A program made the translations under genes and the position numbers. The notes under the pieces are model-generated. The model had not been told where the DNA came from and ran no database searches. It worked only from the letters and a program-made list of their open reading frames with translations. From assembly GCA_007125585.1 (NCBI GenBank), contig SLCY01000018.1:356-64355 (forward strand): a stretch of 64,000 nt of DNA, in the 5' to 3' direction. The stretch is from Bacteroidales bacterium (GTDB lineage: Bacteria > Bacteroidota > Bacteroidia > Bacteroidales > UBA7960). Positions 8,146-16,771 of the stretch are shown here, one piece after another; the first letter of the stretch is position 1, and every line of letters starts with the position of its first letter.

Positions 8146-10473
8146 TTAGAACGGATAGCCGATCCCCAGATTGAAGACAAGGTGGTCCCGCCGCCATTCC
8201 CGGTCAAACAGGCGCACAGGGTCAAAGAAGCGGTCATTGGTGGTGGCAGGATCTGCCAGCGGGATGGCGAAGTCAAAACGGAGGATAAAAAATCCGGCAT
8301 CTATCCGCAGGCCTGTGCCAACACCCAAAGCGATCTCCCTGTAAAAGCGGCCGGCAGAGAATGTGCCACCCGGGACCTCTTCATCATCGTACAGGCGCCA
8401 GATATTGCCCGCATCTGCAAACAACGCACCTTTGAACAGGTTGGTAATATCAAAACGAACCTCAATATTGGCTTCCAGTTTCAAATCACCGGTCTGGTGA
8501 ATGTTGTAACCTCTGCCGGTGTCATCGGGCGAAGCATAGGTGCCCGGGCCCAGTGTGCGTGGATGAAAGGCACGGATGCTGCTTGATCCGCCGATCACGT
8601 ATTGCTTTACATAAGGCAAGATATCTGAATTCCCATAAGGGACCCCCGCCCCCAGGAAGAGCCTGGTGACCAGCCGTTGCCCTGTCGCCACCTGATGATA
8701 ATAGCGCAGGTCGACATCCGTGCGGGCATATTGGGCAAAACCCTGGCCAAACAAGCCGTAACCGCCATCATCAAGGGGCGAACCATTCAATACGTTATTC
8801 ATCAACAAATACGCCAGGTTACCTGAAAGGTCAAGGTTTGCCTTAACGAACCAGTCGTTGTCAGGGCCGGGTCTGAGCCGTGAATTGTAGATATATGTGT
8901 ACTGGCCGCCGATGATAAACTGCTCAAACAGTCCCTTCCTGAGAAGGGTTCCTCCCACAAGTATTCCTTCCATGTCTTCATCCACATCCCCCAGTACAAA
9001 CAGGTTGATCACCATGGGAGATATGCGTAATTGGGTTGCCATGTCGCGGTTCCAGGTGTATCCGTATTGCGCATGCATGGTCGTAAGATCAAAGGCGTCA
9101 GTACGGCTCAGGAAATTCACTCCCAGCGAAACCGTAGTCCTGGGAGCAAGCACCCGCAGACTCGTTTTCCATCGGGCGGGCAAGACAAAGCGCGGAAAAG
9201 AGAGTGAGGCATCCAGCCCAAACTCCCTGGAGGATGCCGAGCGTTGACGCCCGATCAGCCATTCATAGGCGCCATTCAGACTTAATTGCAAAGTCTCTGC
9301 CCCGTTGAACAAATTGTGGTTGGTGAAGGCCGTGTTGATTCCCGGGCCGGAAAAATGATTCGACCTGGTGATGCCGCGAAGCTCTGCAGATATTGACCGG
9401 CGCTCAATGGGTGTCAGGTAAACCCTTACATCCAGGAAGTGGTCACCCTGTTGTTCACGCCTGGAAAAGCGCAGGTTAACAAACTGAAATGTTCCAAGGC
9501 TCATCAAATGATTCAGTGTCCGGTCATGGTCCCTGGCATCGTATATGCTGTCTTTTCTAAAAAAGATAGCACGCATAATGGTTTCAGGATCGAATTGTCT
9601 GAGGGCATCCGTAAAATACATGCCATCTTCGGTCATGATGGTATCCGTCTGTGATGGATCATCCAGGCCACCTGTCAAATAATCTGCATGCACGTAAATA
9701 TTGCCTATCCGGTATTTTCGTGTGGCAGCCGCCGGCATATCGTACTTGATCACCGTGTAAAGATCAACCTGACGGTTGCCGGCAGCAGAGTCGGCACGAA
9801 ACAGGATATGGTCCGGATGGAAGTAAAAATAACCTTGCTTTTTCAATGCCCGGTCTATGCGCCGCCGCTCTTCCCGCAGCAGCTGCAGGCTATATGGCTC
9901 GCCCGGGCTGATCAGGCTGTTTTCCAACGCCGCATTGATGGCTGAGGCCAACGGTGTTTCATCCGCCACAGGGTTTAAGTCACCGAATCGGTATGGTGGC
10001 CTCAGATGCACATGATAATCTACGGCAACGGTGCGTCTTGCGCTGTCTGTTACATGCATTGCGACAGCATCAAAATAGCCCATGTTGTAGAGCCTGTTGT
10101 TCACCAGCCGCAGATTCCGTTCAACATATTGATGGTCAAACAGCACAGGCTCTTCTCCGATGCGGTTTGTCATCCAGTGCCGCAAGCCTCGTCCGGTGGG
10201 CTCACCGGCCACCTGGTACATCCACATCCTGGGACGCGCCATCAGCAAGGTGGTGTTTGGTGCAGGGCGCAAGACTCCCTGCAGTTCCGCCTCCACCTTC
10301 CTTTCATCCCTGAACTCTTCCTCTTTTTCAAGATGTATGCGGCTGCCCACGTAAAGATACTGGTCTTCGGGCAATGTCCGCAGGCCGGTACAGGCAGCAA
10401 AGAACAATGGCAGCATGCCCAGCAGAAAAACTGCCGGTCGCTGAAGCAGGGGATATGCAGGGTGATGGGTCAA
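8146..10473 (-). CDS. Omp85/BamA-family outer-membrane protein, TamA-like, apparently lipidated (TamL type)
   Basis: 775 aa. The signal peptide ends in a lipobox-like LFFAAC. The body is long, beta-rich and Gly/aromatic-rich, and ends GIGYPF (terminal Phe beta-signal). It lies 12 nt downstream of tamB. Confidence 0.8.
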   Translation of the reverse strand: MTHHPAYPLLQRPAVFLLGMLPLFFAACTGLRTLPEDQYLYVGSRIHLEKEEEFRDERKVEAELQGVLRPAPNTTLLMARPRMWMYQVAGEPTGRGLRHWMTNRIGEEPVLFDHQYVERNLRLVNNRLYNMGYFDAVAMHVTDSARRTVAVDYHVHLRPPYRFGDLNPVADETPLASAINAALENSLISPGEPYSLQLLREERRRIDRALKKQGYFYFHPDHILFRADSAAGNRQVDLYTVIKYDMPAAATRKYRIGNIYVHADYLTGGLDDPSQTDTIMTEDGMYFTDALRQFDPETIMRAIFFRKDSIYDARDHDRTLNHLMSLGTFQFVNLRFSRREQQGDHFLDVRVYLTPIERRSISAELRGITRSNHFSGPGINTAFTNHNLFNGAETLQLSLNGAYEWLIGRQRSASSREFGLDASLSFPRFVLPARWKTSLRVLAPRTTVSLGVNFLSRTDAFDLTTMHAQYGYTWNRDMATQLRISPMVINLFVLGDVDEDMEGILVGGTLLRKGLFEQFIIGGQYTYIYNSRLRPGPDNDWFVKANLDLSGNLAYLLMNNVLNGSPLDDGGYGLFGQGFAQYARTDVDLRYYHQVATGQRLVTRLFLGAGVPYGNSDILPYVKQYVIGGSSSIRAFHPRTLGPGTYASPDDTGRGYNIHQTGDLKLEANIEVRFDITNLFKGALFADAGNIWRLYDDEEVPGGTFSAGRFYREIALGVGTGLRIDAGFFILRFDFAIPLADPATTNDRFFDPVRLFDREWRRDHLVFNLGIGYPF

Positions 10474-10485
10474 GGGTCTGGTATT

Positions 10486-13400
10486 TTATTCTACATTGTG
10501 GTTTTCATGACCGTCCATATCAGCACCGGGCTCAGATGGTGGGGAAAAATCAGGCTGTAACGTCTCCTCTTTTTTCATGAACAGTTCCCTGAAATGGTTG
10601 AATGTCTGCCTGAAGATCAGTGAAAGGCCTGTTTCGACGAGTTCTCCCTCGTAGATATCCTGGTATTTTCGTTCCCTGTATCCCTTGAGGGTCAGTCGGC
10701 CGTCCGGATCCAACAGGTATTCGACCGAGAAGTCACCAGCGATATCGGCGGGGTTCACCTGCCTTCGTGTTTCATCTTCCAGTTCCAGGTGGCCCCCGAC
10801 GGTAATGCGCAGCCTTTGATCCAGGAAATCGCGCGACACTTCCATCTGCAACTCTGTTCTGCCGACCAGCTGACCATCATCAATCTCTTCGTAGGATTCC
10901 AGCTCGAAGCTAATGTCAATGCCACGGATATACCTGTCGGACAGGCGGTTCAGCTGCTGGGAAAGCAGCCTGCTGGCGCTTGTTCGAGCCGTGGCAGAGA
11001 TGCCCGGGCCAGCGGTCACCGCCGCAAGGGGGTCGTCCTGTATGAAACTGCCCAATATGAGCAGGGCGAACACCTGCTTGTTCAGCTCCGACTCACTCTG
11101 GTTAAGTTCATTGAGGCGCGCCTGCAAACGGCCTTCCAAGGCTCCGCGGTGCTCGGAGGGTAGAGAGATCTCAAAGCTGATCTCCGGGCTCATCAACTCG
11201 CCTTTCATCTTAAGAAGTACCTCAAAAGGGTAGATCTGCCTGTATGCCGCCTCCAGCTGGCCGGCAGCAGGAGCGTGGGAAGCCATCAACTCACGTGTGG
11301 TAGCACGTACCGTGTATTTTGCGGTAATGTCAACCGCAGCATCCAGGGGATCCCCTGTCCAGACGATGCTGCTGCCCTCTTCAATGCTGAAATGGCGCCG
11401 CATCACATCATAAAACGTCATCTGGTAGGCACCCTGGCTGATCTCATATCTTCCCGCCAGGCTGATACGGCCACCGGGATCAACGCTGTAACTGATCAGC
11501 CCCCCTCCCCTGGCCTCCAGATAATCCCCGGCGACCTCATCAATGAGGATGCGCACTTCTGTTTGGGGGTCCACCTCCACGTTAACGCTTATATCAAGGT
11601 TTTCAAATGCCGACAACACCGCAACCGGTTCTTCAGGCCGAAGCAAAAGGTCAGCAAAGACGTCATCATATACGGAAAAGAATTCTACAACACCTTCATC
11701 ACCAATGGCCGCAGGCATAGCCTGGGGAGGAATAAAGACAAAGGCAGAGCCACGGTTCAGCTTCAGGCGCCCTTCAACAACGGGCTGTGCAATGTCGCCG
11801 CGCATTGTCAGATCGGTGTCTATCAACAGGCGACCGTAAAACAACTCGTGGGTGCCCCGCGGCAGGTCCATAAGCAAAAAGTTCCGGGATGACAGCCTGA
11901 GGTCAAAACGAATATCCGACAAGTCATGCAGGGCCACATTGCCATCCAACCTGGCCAGCCGTCCGCTCCTGTCTGCCAGGGTAAAGTTGCTGAAGCGTAT
12001 TTGGTGATTATCAAACACGACCGATTCCTGCGGTATGGTGTAGCGCGCATTCAGAAACGCTGCATGAAAAGACACCTGGTTGAAATGGAGGGCCCCCAAC
12101 ATATCAGGAGTGGAGGGGTCGCCTGTCAGCCGAAGATCGCCGGAAATCGCACCCTCCATGTCAGACAGCTGCTCAAAAGTCAGGGCTTCCACCGTGGGCA
12201 GCGACAGGTTCTCCACACGCAGTTCAAAGTCGATGAATGCAGGCTCCTGGCGATAGATTCCGGAAAGGTCAAGGCGGTTCCCGTAACCCCTTACGGATGC
12301 TTCGGCCTGAAAGAGGCCCGGCTCAGGACCAAACACAAGCAACCCGACATCCCCGATACCCTCCCCCTGAAAGCCCAGATCATCTATGGAAAGATCGGCC
12401 GTATAAACGGGCCTGGAAAAAAGATCAGAAACGATCACCGCCCCATTGAAGATGCCATCCGCAATGGGTGCATCCCCTATAAGGTCAAAATTGCCCAGGT
12501 CAATGTTCTGAAAATACAAACCCAGTGGAGATCCCATATCATGAATATCACTGCTGAGGAGCGCAAGCTCTTTGTCTGCCGAAGAAATGCGCAGATTGTG
12601 CGCCACAAACCCGGTATCGTGAAAACGCAGATAATGGTCGGGCGCCACATGCCAATCCTGCCGGTTCACAACCATATCCCTGTCAAAACGGAATTCCGTG
12701 TATTCATCATGCTGCGCCATCTGACCGGAAAACCGCAACCAGGATACATCGTGCCTGTCATCGAAAGAGAGCTCAAAGTCAAGCATACGCTCACTGAAAC
12801 CACCCGTAACTTCCAGGTTGCTCAGGATTAGCTGGTCTCCGTCAAGCAAAGGCATTCGCAGGGAAAAGTCCAGGTATCCACGACCCGAACCTGCATGGAT
12901 GCCAAGATCATTCAAGTGCCAGCCTGATATGATCATGTCGGGAATGGCTGCATCCAGCAATAGATGGTTTGTCCTGCTGTTGAAGCTGACATTGGCCGTG
13001 ATCGTGTCAAATGAACTTATTTGCGGAAAGAGCAGTTCGGAGAAATAAGGCGACGGATTGATCCTGACATCAAGCACAAAGGCTTCGTGCGAAGGATCCT
13101 CACCATCCGTTCCATCCTTTGCGTCCCTTTCAGCATTTCTATCCCCATCAGGTTCCATGTATCCTCTGAGGTGGTTAAGCAGTGCGGGAGGGATGGATGC
13201 AGGCGATATGTCGCCCCGGTAGTTCATTGTCAGAAGGGGCGATATCACCTCAGCGATATACTGTTCCTCATTGGAGGATAAAATGACCTTCAGGCTATCC
13301 ATGGAGAGGACCTCCCTGTCGAGCAAAACATGGGTGTCGTGCATAAACAGCCAACCATCCGGAAAATCCGGACGTTTTAGTGTCGCCTCCGCCACGATGT

Positions 13401-15501
13401 TTGTCTGGATGGCGATCAGATCGTCTGTAAACATGAGCTCCCTGGCATTCAGATGATTCAGCTTCCAGTCGAGGCGTATCCCGGGATGTTCATTGCGCAG
13501 GTCGATCACATTTTCGGCCCCAAACGACAAATGATCATCATGGTAGCCGATCACCAGGCTGGTGTGTCCGTCCAATGCACTGGCGTTAAAAACCATTCCA
13601 CGATAGGTATAGTCGTTGAACCGCAGTGAGTCTATCACCCCTTCCAGCTCAAGGGCCATCACAGACGGGTCAAAGCCTTTGCCATATGCACTGATACTGG
13701 CATACAGGTCTGTTACCCGGTCGTCTGGCGCGATGATCGATAACGGGTTTTTGCCGGCAAGCTCTACACTCCCTTCCCAGACTGGGTCTTCCCCTTTCGT
13801 TTGTTCATATTCAAAAGCGCCCGTTATTTCAGTAAAACCCATCTCAAGACGGGCATCTGCATAAAAGTCATTCATCAGCCCTTTAAACCCGGCATACAAG
13901 TCGATTGATGCCGGAAAATGAAGTCCCTGGGGACGGACATTGTCAGGGAGATATGCGATCACCTCGTCAGGATTTGCAGAAACACGGATGAGGGGAAGGT
14001 CCATGAAAAGGTTATTCAGATCGGGGTAGCCGGTGATCCTGCCGGAGGCCCCTGTTTTGAAGCGTCCGCGGACATGAGCCGCGAGGGTGTCCAGCCGGAT
14101 ATCTGCAAGGGTGCCGGTGGCGCTTGTCTGCAATTCAATCGCAGGCGCGTGTGGGTCCGGGAAAAATATTTCAAGCCAGGGCACAAGCAGGACAAGGTCC
14201 TTGCCGGCCTGTGCCTCACGCAAGTCAATATGTAACGAATGTTCAGGAGAGACCGGGGTTTTAAGCTGCATCAGCGGCAGCGAAGTATGCAGGCAGCCAT
14301 CCAGCAAACTGCCTGTGGTCTCAATATAGAGGTCGTCAATGCGGGTTGTATGCCCCAGTGCAACAGCAGCCGACAATTGTTTGAGTGAGAAGCCCCCGGA
14401 TTCCTTACCGCGCATGTTTTTCATTACCCCTCCCAGGCTGTCGGACGAATAAAAGAGATCTTCCATATGAAAAGCAACATCGGAGAACCCCATTCCTGCC
14501 ACTTCTGCTGCCACCGATTCTGCCATGGCATACTCAAGCTCAAAACGCAGTCGCCCGGCATCAATGTTGCGCGACTTCGCCTCCAGCATATCCAGCCTGG
14601 TGTCGAACAACAAGTCCTCCCCTTCCTGAACACGGAATGCCATCTCTTCCAGAAGCAGCTTTGCCATGCCGACATCCGGGGGTTTTCCGGGAGCCTCTTC
14701 TGAGGGCTCGCGGATATGCGTCCCCTCCTTCATTACAAGGGAAACAAAGCCACCGGCGATACGGGTGTTGCCCAGATAATATTTGTCCCCGTCAATATCC
14801 AGGGTGTCCACATGGGTTTGAAGCTCATCGAGTTGCACAGAAAGATCCAGTCCAGAAAAGTGGTCTGCAAAACGGAACCGGATGTTCTTCAAATCAATGT
14901 TGCCTACATCGAACGTCCAGTGGCTATCTTCTCCGGGTGACGGGTCATCAGGCTTTTGAGAAAGCCGGGAGGAAGCAGGCATCTTTTTATTGCCAGGCAA
15001 ATACCCGTTCTCTGTGGCGCCGGACGAAAAAGCCGATCTGTCCGGCTGCTCACCGGCAATGGATCGAATCAGGGTGTCGTAATTGAACAATGAGTCCGGC
15101 GTGAAACGAAGCATGTTTACCGTAACATCTGACATCTGCAGCCGTTGCACCCCGACATGGTTTCTCAAAAGGCCCAAAAGCCGTACATCGATATTGATTT
15201 TGCCCGCATACAACAGGGTGTCGGCCTTATGGTCTTCAAGGTAAACACCCTGCAAGCTGATGGCCCCGGGTAAGCGAACCCCAATACGTTTCACGAAAAT
15301 CTCCGTACCCGCACGTTTGGCAATATTCTGCGTTACCTTCCCTGCAAGGTAGGTCTGAACCGCCGGGAACTGCAATGCCGCCAGCAACAGGAACAACAGC
15401 AGGAACACACCCAATGCAATACGCATCAGCCATTTGAGCAGCCTTCTGATATGTCGTTTATATAACTTCAATGCAGCTTCCAGATATGGGTGTAACAACA
15501 T
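10486..15501 (-). CDS. tamB: Translocation and assembly module protein TamB (DUF490/AsmA-like)
   Basis: 1671 aa. Single N-terminal TM (ALGVFLLLFLLLAALQF), a very long repetitive beta-rich body and a conserved C-terminal region. Paired with the Omp85 gene. Confidence 0.8.
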   Translation of the reverse strand: MLLHPYLEAALKLYKRHIRRLLKWLMRIALGVFLLLFLLLAALQFPAVQTYLAGKVTQNIAKRAGTEIFVKRIGVRLPGAISLQGVYLEDHKADTLLYAGKINIDVRLLGLLRNHVGVQRLQMSDVTVNMLRFTPDSLFNYDTLIRSIAGEQPDRSAFSSGATENGYLPGNKKMPASSRLSQKPDDPSPGEDSHWTFDVGNIDLKNIRFRFADHFSGLDLSVQLDELQTHVDTLDIDGDKYYLGNTRIAGGFVSLVMKEGTHIREPSEEAPGKPPDVGMAKLLLEEMAFRVQEGEDLLFDTRLDMLEAKSRNIDAGRLRFELEYAMAESVAAEVAGMGFSDVAFHMEDLFYSSDSLGGVMKNMRGKESGGFSLKQLSAAVALGHTTRIDDLYIETTGSLLDGCLHTSLPLMQLKTPVSPEHSLHIDLREAQAGKDLVLLVPWLEIFFPDPHAPAIELQTSATGTLADIRLDTLAAHVRGRFKTGASGRITGYPDLNNLFMDLPLIRVSANPDEVIAYLPDNVRPQGLHFPASIDLYAGFKGLMNDFYADARLEMGFTEITGAFEYEQTKGEDPVWEGSVELAGKNPLSIIAPDDRVTDLYASISAYGKGFDPSVMALELEGVIDSLRFNDYTYRGMVFNASALDGHTSLVIGYHDDHLSFGAENVIDLRNEHPGIRLDWKLNHLNARELMFTDDLIAIQTNIVAEATLKRPDFPDGWLFMHDTHVLLDREVLSMDSLKVILSSNEEQYIAEVISPLLTMNYRGDISPASIPPALLNHLRGYMEPDGDRNAERDAKDGTDGEDPSHEAFVLDVRINPSPYFSELLFPQISSFDTITANVSFNSRTNHLLLDAAIPDMIISGWHLNDLGIHAGSGRGYLDFSLRMPLLDGDQLILSNLEVTGGFSERMLDFELSFDDRHDVSWLRFSGQMAQHDEYTEFRFDRDMVVNRQDWHVAPDHYLRFHDTGFVAHNLRISSADKELALLSSDIHDMGSPLGLYFQNIDLGNFDLIGDAPIADGIFNGAVIVSDLFSRPVYTADLSIDDLGFQGEGIGDVGLLVFGPEPGLFQAEASVRGYGNRLDLSGIYRQEPAFIDFELRVENLSLPTVEALTFEQLSDMEGAISGDLRLTGDPSTPDMLGALHFNQVSFHAAFLNARYTIPQESVVFDNHQIRFSNFTLADRSGRLARLDGNVALHDLSDIRFDLRLSSRNFLLMDLPRGTHELFYGRLLIDTDLTMRGDIAQPVVEGRLKLNRGSAFVFIPPQAMPAAIGDEGVVEFFSVYDDVFADLLLRPEEPVAVLSAFENLDISVNVEVDPQTEVRILIDEVAGDYLEARGGGLISYSVDPGGRISLAGRYEISQGAYQMTFYDVMRRHFSIEEGSSIVWTGDPLDAAVDITAKYTVRATTRELMASHAPAAGQLEAAYRQIYPFEVLLKMKGELMSPEISFEISLPSEHRGALEGRLQARLNELNQSESELNKQVFALLILGSFIQDDPLAAVTAGPGISATARTSASRLLSQQLNRLSDRYIRGIDISFELESYEEIDDGQLVGRTELQMEVSRDFLDQRLRITVGGHLELEDETRRQVNPADIAGDFSVEYLLDPDGRLTLKGYRERKYQDIYEGELVETGLSLIFRQTFNHFRELFMKKEETLQPDFSPPSEPGADMDGHENHNVE

Positions 15502-15578
15502 GCCCCCGGCGTCACCGGCTTGTCAGACCACCGTCATGCCAACAACCAGTTCACGGGAGTCATTTGCATCTAAATTAC

Positions 15579-15606
15579 AAAAAAAGCCGGAGTGTTCACC
15601 CCGGCT
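15579..15606 (-). terminator. Rho-independent terminator downstream of ferritin
   Basis: The minus strand reads AGCCGG-ggtgaacact-CCGGCT followed by a T run (plus-strand A run 15579..15584). It lies about 100 nt past the ferritin stop. Confidence 0.5.
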
Positions 15607-15704
15607 CCTGTTTGTTGAACCCTTTGCAGATAATCTGATTACCCGGATAATCAGCGATTATTGAACGTTGACCCAGGCAGAATTATTGCACATCCGTTTC
15701 ATGA

Positions 15705-16196
15705 TCAGTGCTCACCCCGCATGGACATAATGTCGCGGTCAAATACATACAAGCCTTGTTTCCCTATTAGTTCAAGTTTGTCAAGGATGCCCTGCACGGA
15801 TGCTTCTTCTTCCCGTTGTTCTTCGACAAACCACTGTATCCAGTTATGGGTTGCAAAATCTTTTTCTTTGATCGACAGGTCAACGATGTCGTTGATTGCA
15901 CCGCTTACCATTTGTTCATGTTCCAGTGAAGCATCAAAAGCTTCCCTGATGCCTGGAAAATCCTTCGGGGGTTCATCTACCAAGGGCACAACGGCATGTC
16001 CGCCCCTTTCGTTGATGTAACGGATGAACTTCATCATGTGCTCGCGCTCCTCTTCCGACTGGGCATAGAACCATTCGGAGATGCCATCCAAACCAATATT
16101 TTCAGCCCAGGAGGCCATGGCCAGATAGAGATGGGAAGCATACACCTCTTTAGCAACCTGCTCATTCAGGATGTTTAACATTTTCTTTGACAACAT
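15705..16196 (-). CDS. ftnA: Non-haem ferritin
   Basis: 163 aa. Ferroxidase-centre blocks EVYASHLYLAMASW and EEEREHMMKF, with a typical Ftn length. Confidence 0.9.
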   Translation of the reverse strand: MLSKKMLNILNEQVAKEVYASHLYLAMASWAENIGLDGISEWFYAQSEEEREHMMKFIRYINERGGHAVVPLVDEPPKDFPGIREAFDASLEHEQMVSGAINDIVDLSIKEKDFATHNWIQWFVEEQREEEASVQGILDKLELIGKQGLYVFDRDIMSMRGEH

Positions 16197-16217
16197 GGTA
16201 ATTTCATTTAAAAGGTT

Positions 16218-16236
16218 AATAATGTCATATATTATT
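16218..16236. promoter_or_regulatory. 19-bp AT-rich imperfect palindrome (Fur-box-like) in the ferritin/bfd divergent region
   Basis: AATAATGTCATATATTATT has arms AATAAT/ATTATT that are exact reverse complements. It sits directly downstream of the ferritin -7 box. Confidence 0.3.
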
Positions 16237-16239
16237 CAA

Positions 16240-16247
16240 CAAAGGTA
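16240..16247 (-). promoter_or_regulatory. Candidate -7 box (TACCTTTG on minus strand) for ferritin
   Basis: The plus strand reads CAAAGGTA, 44 nt upstream of the ferritin ATG at 16196. Confidence 0.4.
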
Positions 16248-16331
16248 TTTTTATTTTGTTTAACATCTGTTGAAAGTTAACATTCCAAAGCCTTTCATGG
16301 CAAAAATGCTGGACCATTGAAGAGTCAGGGC

Positions 16332-16362
16332 TTTGCGATGATGTAAAAATCCTGTAATTTTA
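16332..16362 (+). promoter_or_regulatory. Candidate promoter of the bfd-like gene
   Basis: TTTG (16332..16335), a 19-nt spacer, then TAATTTTA (16355..16362, one mismatch to TAnnTTTG). It lies 35 nt upstream of the ATG. Confidence 0.4.
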
Positions 16363-16396
16363 TTTCCGTTTTTCAACAACACAACAAAGAAGCATC

Positions 16397-16591
16397 ATGA
16401 AAGAAGAAGACCCCATAATTTGTACCTGCAACGAGATCAGGCAAAGCGAAATTGAACATGCCATCCGTGAAAAAGGCCTGAAAACCATCGAAGATGTGGG
16501 CGATGAAACCACTGCCGGCACCGTATGCGGCGGTTGCGTGGATGAGATCTATCTGCTGCTTGAAAAGATCAACCGCAAAGTGGATCTGTGA
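16397..16591 (+). CDS. bfd: BFD-like [2Fe-2S]-binding small ferredoxin
   Basis: 64 aa. Four-Cys pattern C-x-C ... C-x2-C (ICTCNEI ... CGGCVDE), as in bacterioferritin-associated ferredoxin. Confidence 0.8.
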   Translation: MKEEDPIICTCNEIRQSEIEHAIREKGLKTIEDVGDETTAGTVCGGCVDEIYLLLEKINRKVDL

Positions 16592-16771
16592 TCGCATGAG
16601 AGAACCCTTCATTTTCAAACTACAGACAAACCTTTGTGGTCGGCATAATGGTGAAAAACAAGGATGAAGGGAAAAGACCCCTGGCCAACCACCAAATTAA
16701 ATCCCGGGAAACCAGAAACAATTCAATCTTCTTTCATATATTTACGGCTGCAAACACCAACCCTTCACCCC

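Noticed and set aside
16664-16771. N-terminal extensions in the ORF track. Affected ORFs: 16664, 19521, 22614, 26629, 27271, 36292, 42250, 43784, 53389, 55647 (minus), 53567 (minus), 59875, 61676.
   Set aside because: Several start at TTG or GTG (42250, 43784, 53389, 55647). The rest use upstream ATGs: 22614 is ATG, and the track translation of 53567 begins MPGI. In each case an internal ATG restores the family-typical N-terminus or a signal peptide and is preceded by an A-rich leader and/or a TAnnTTTG box. The extensions would run through promoters, terminators or repeats.
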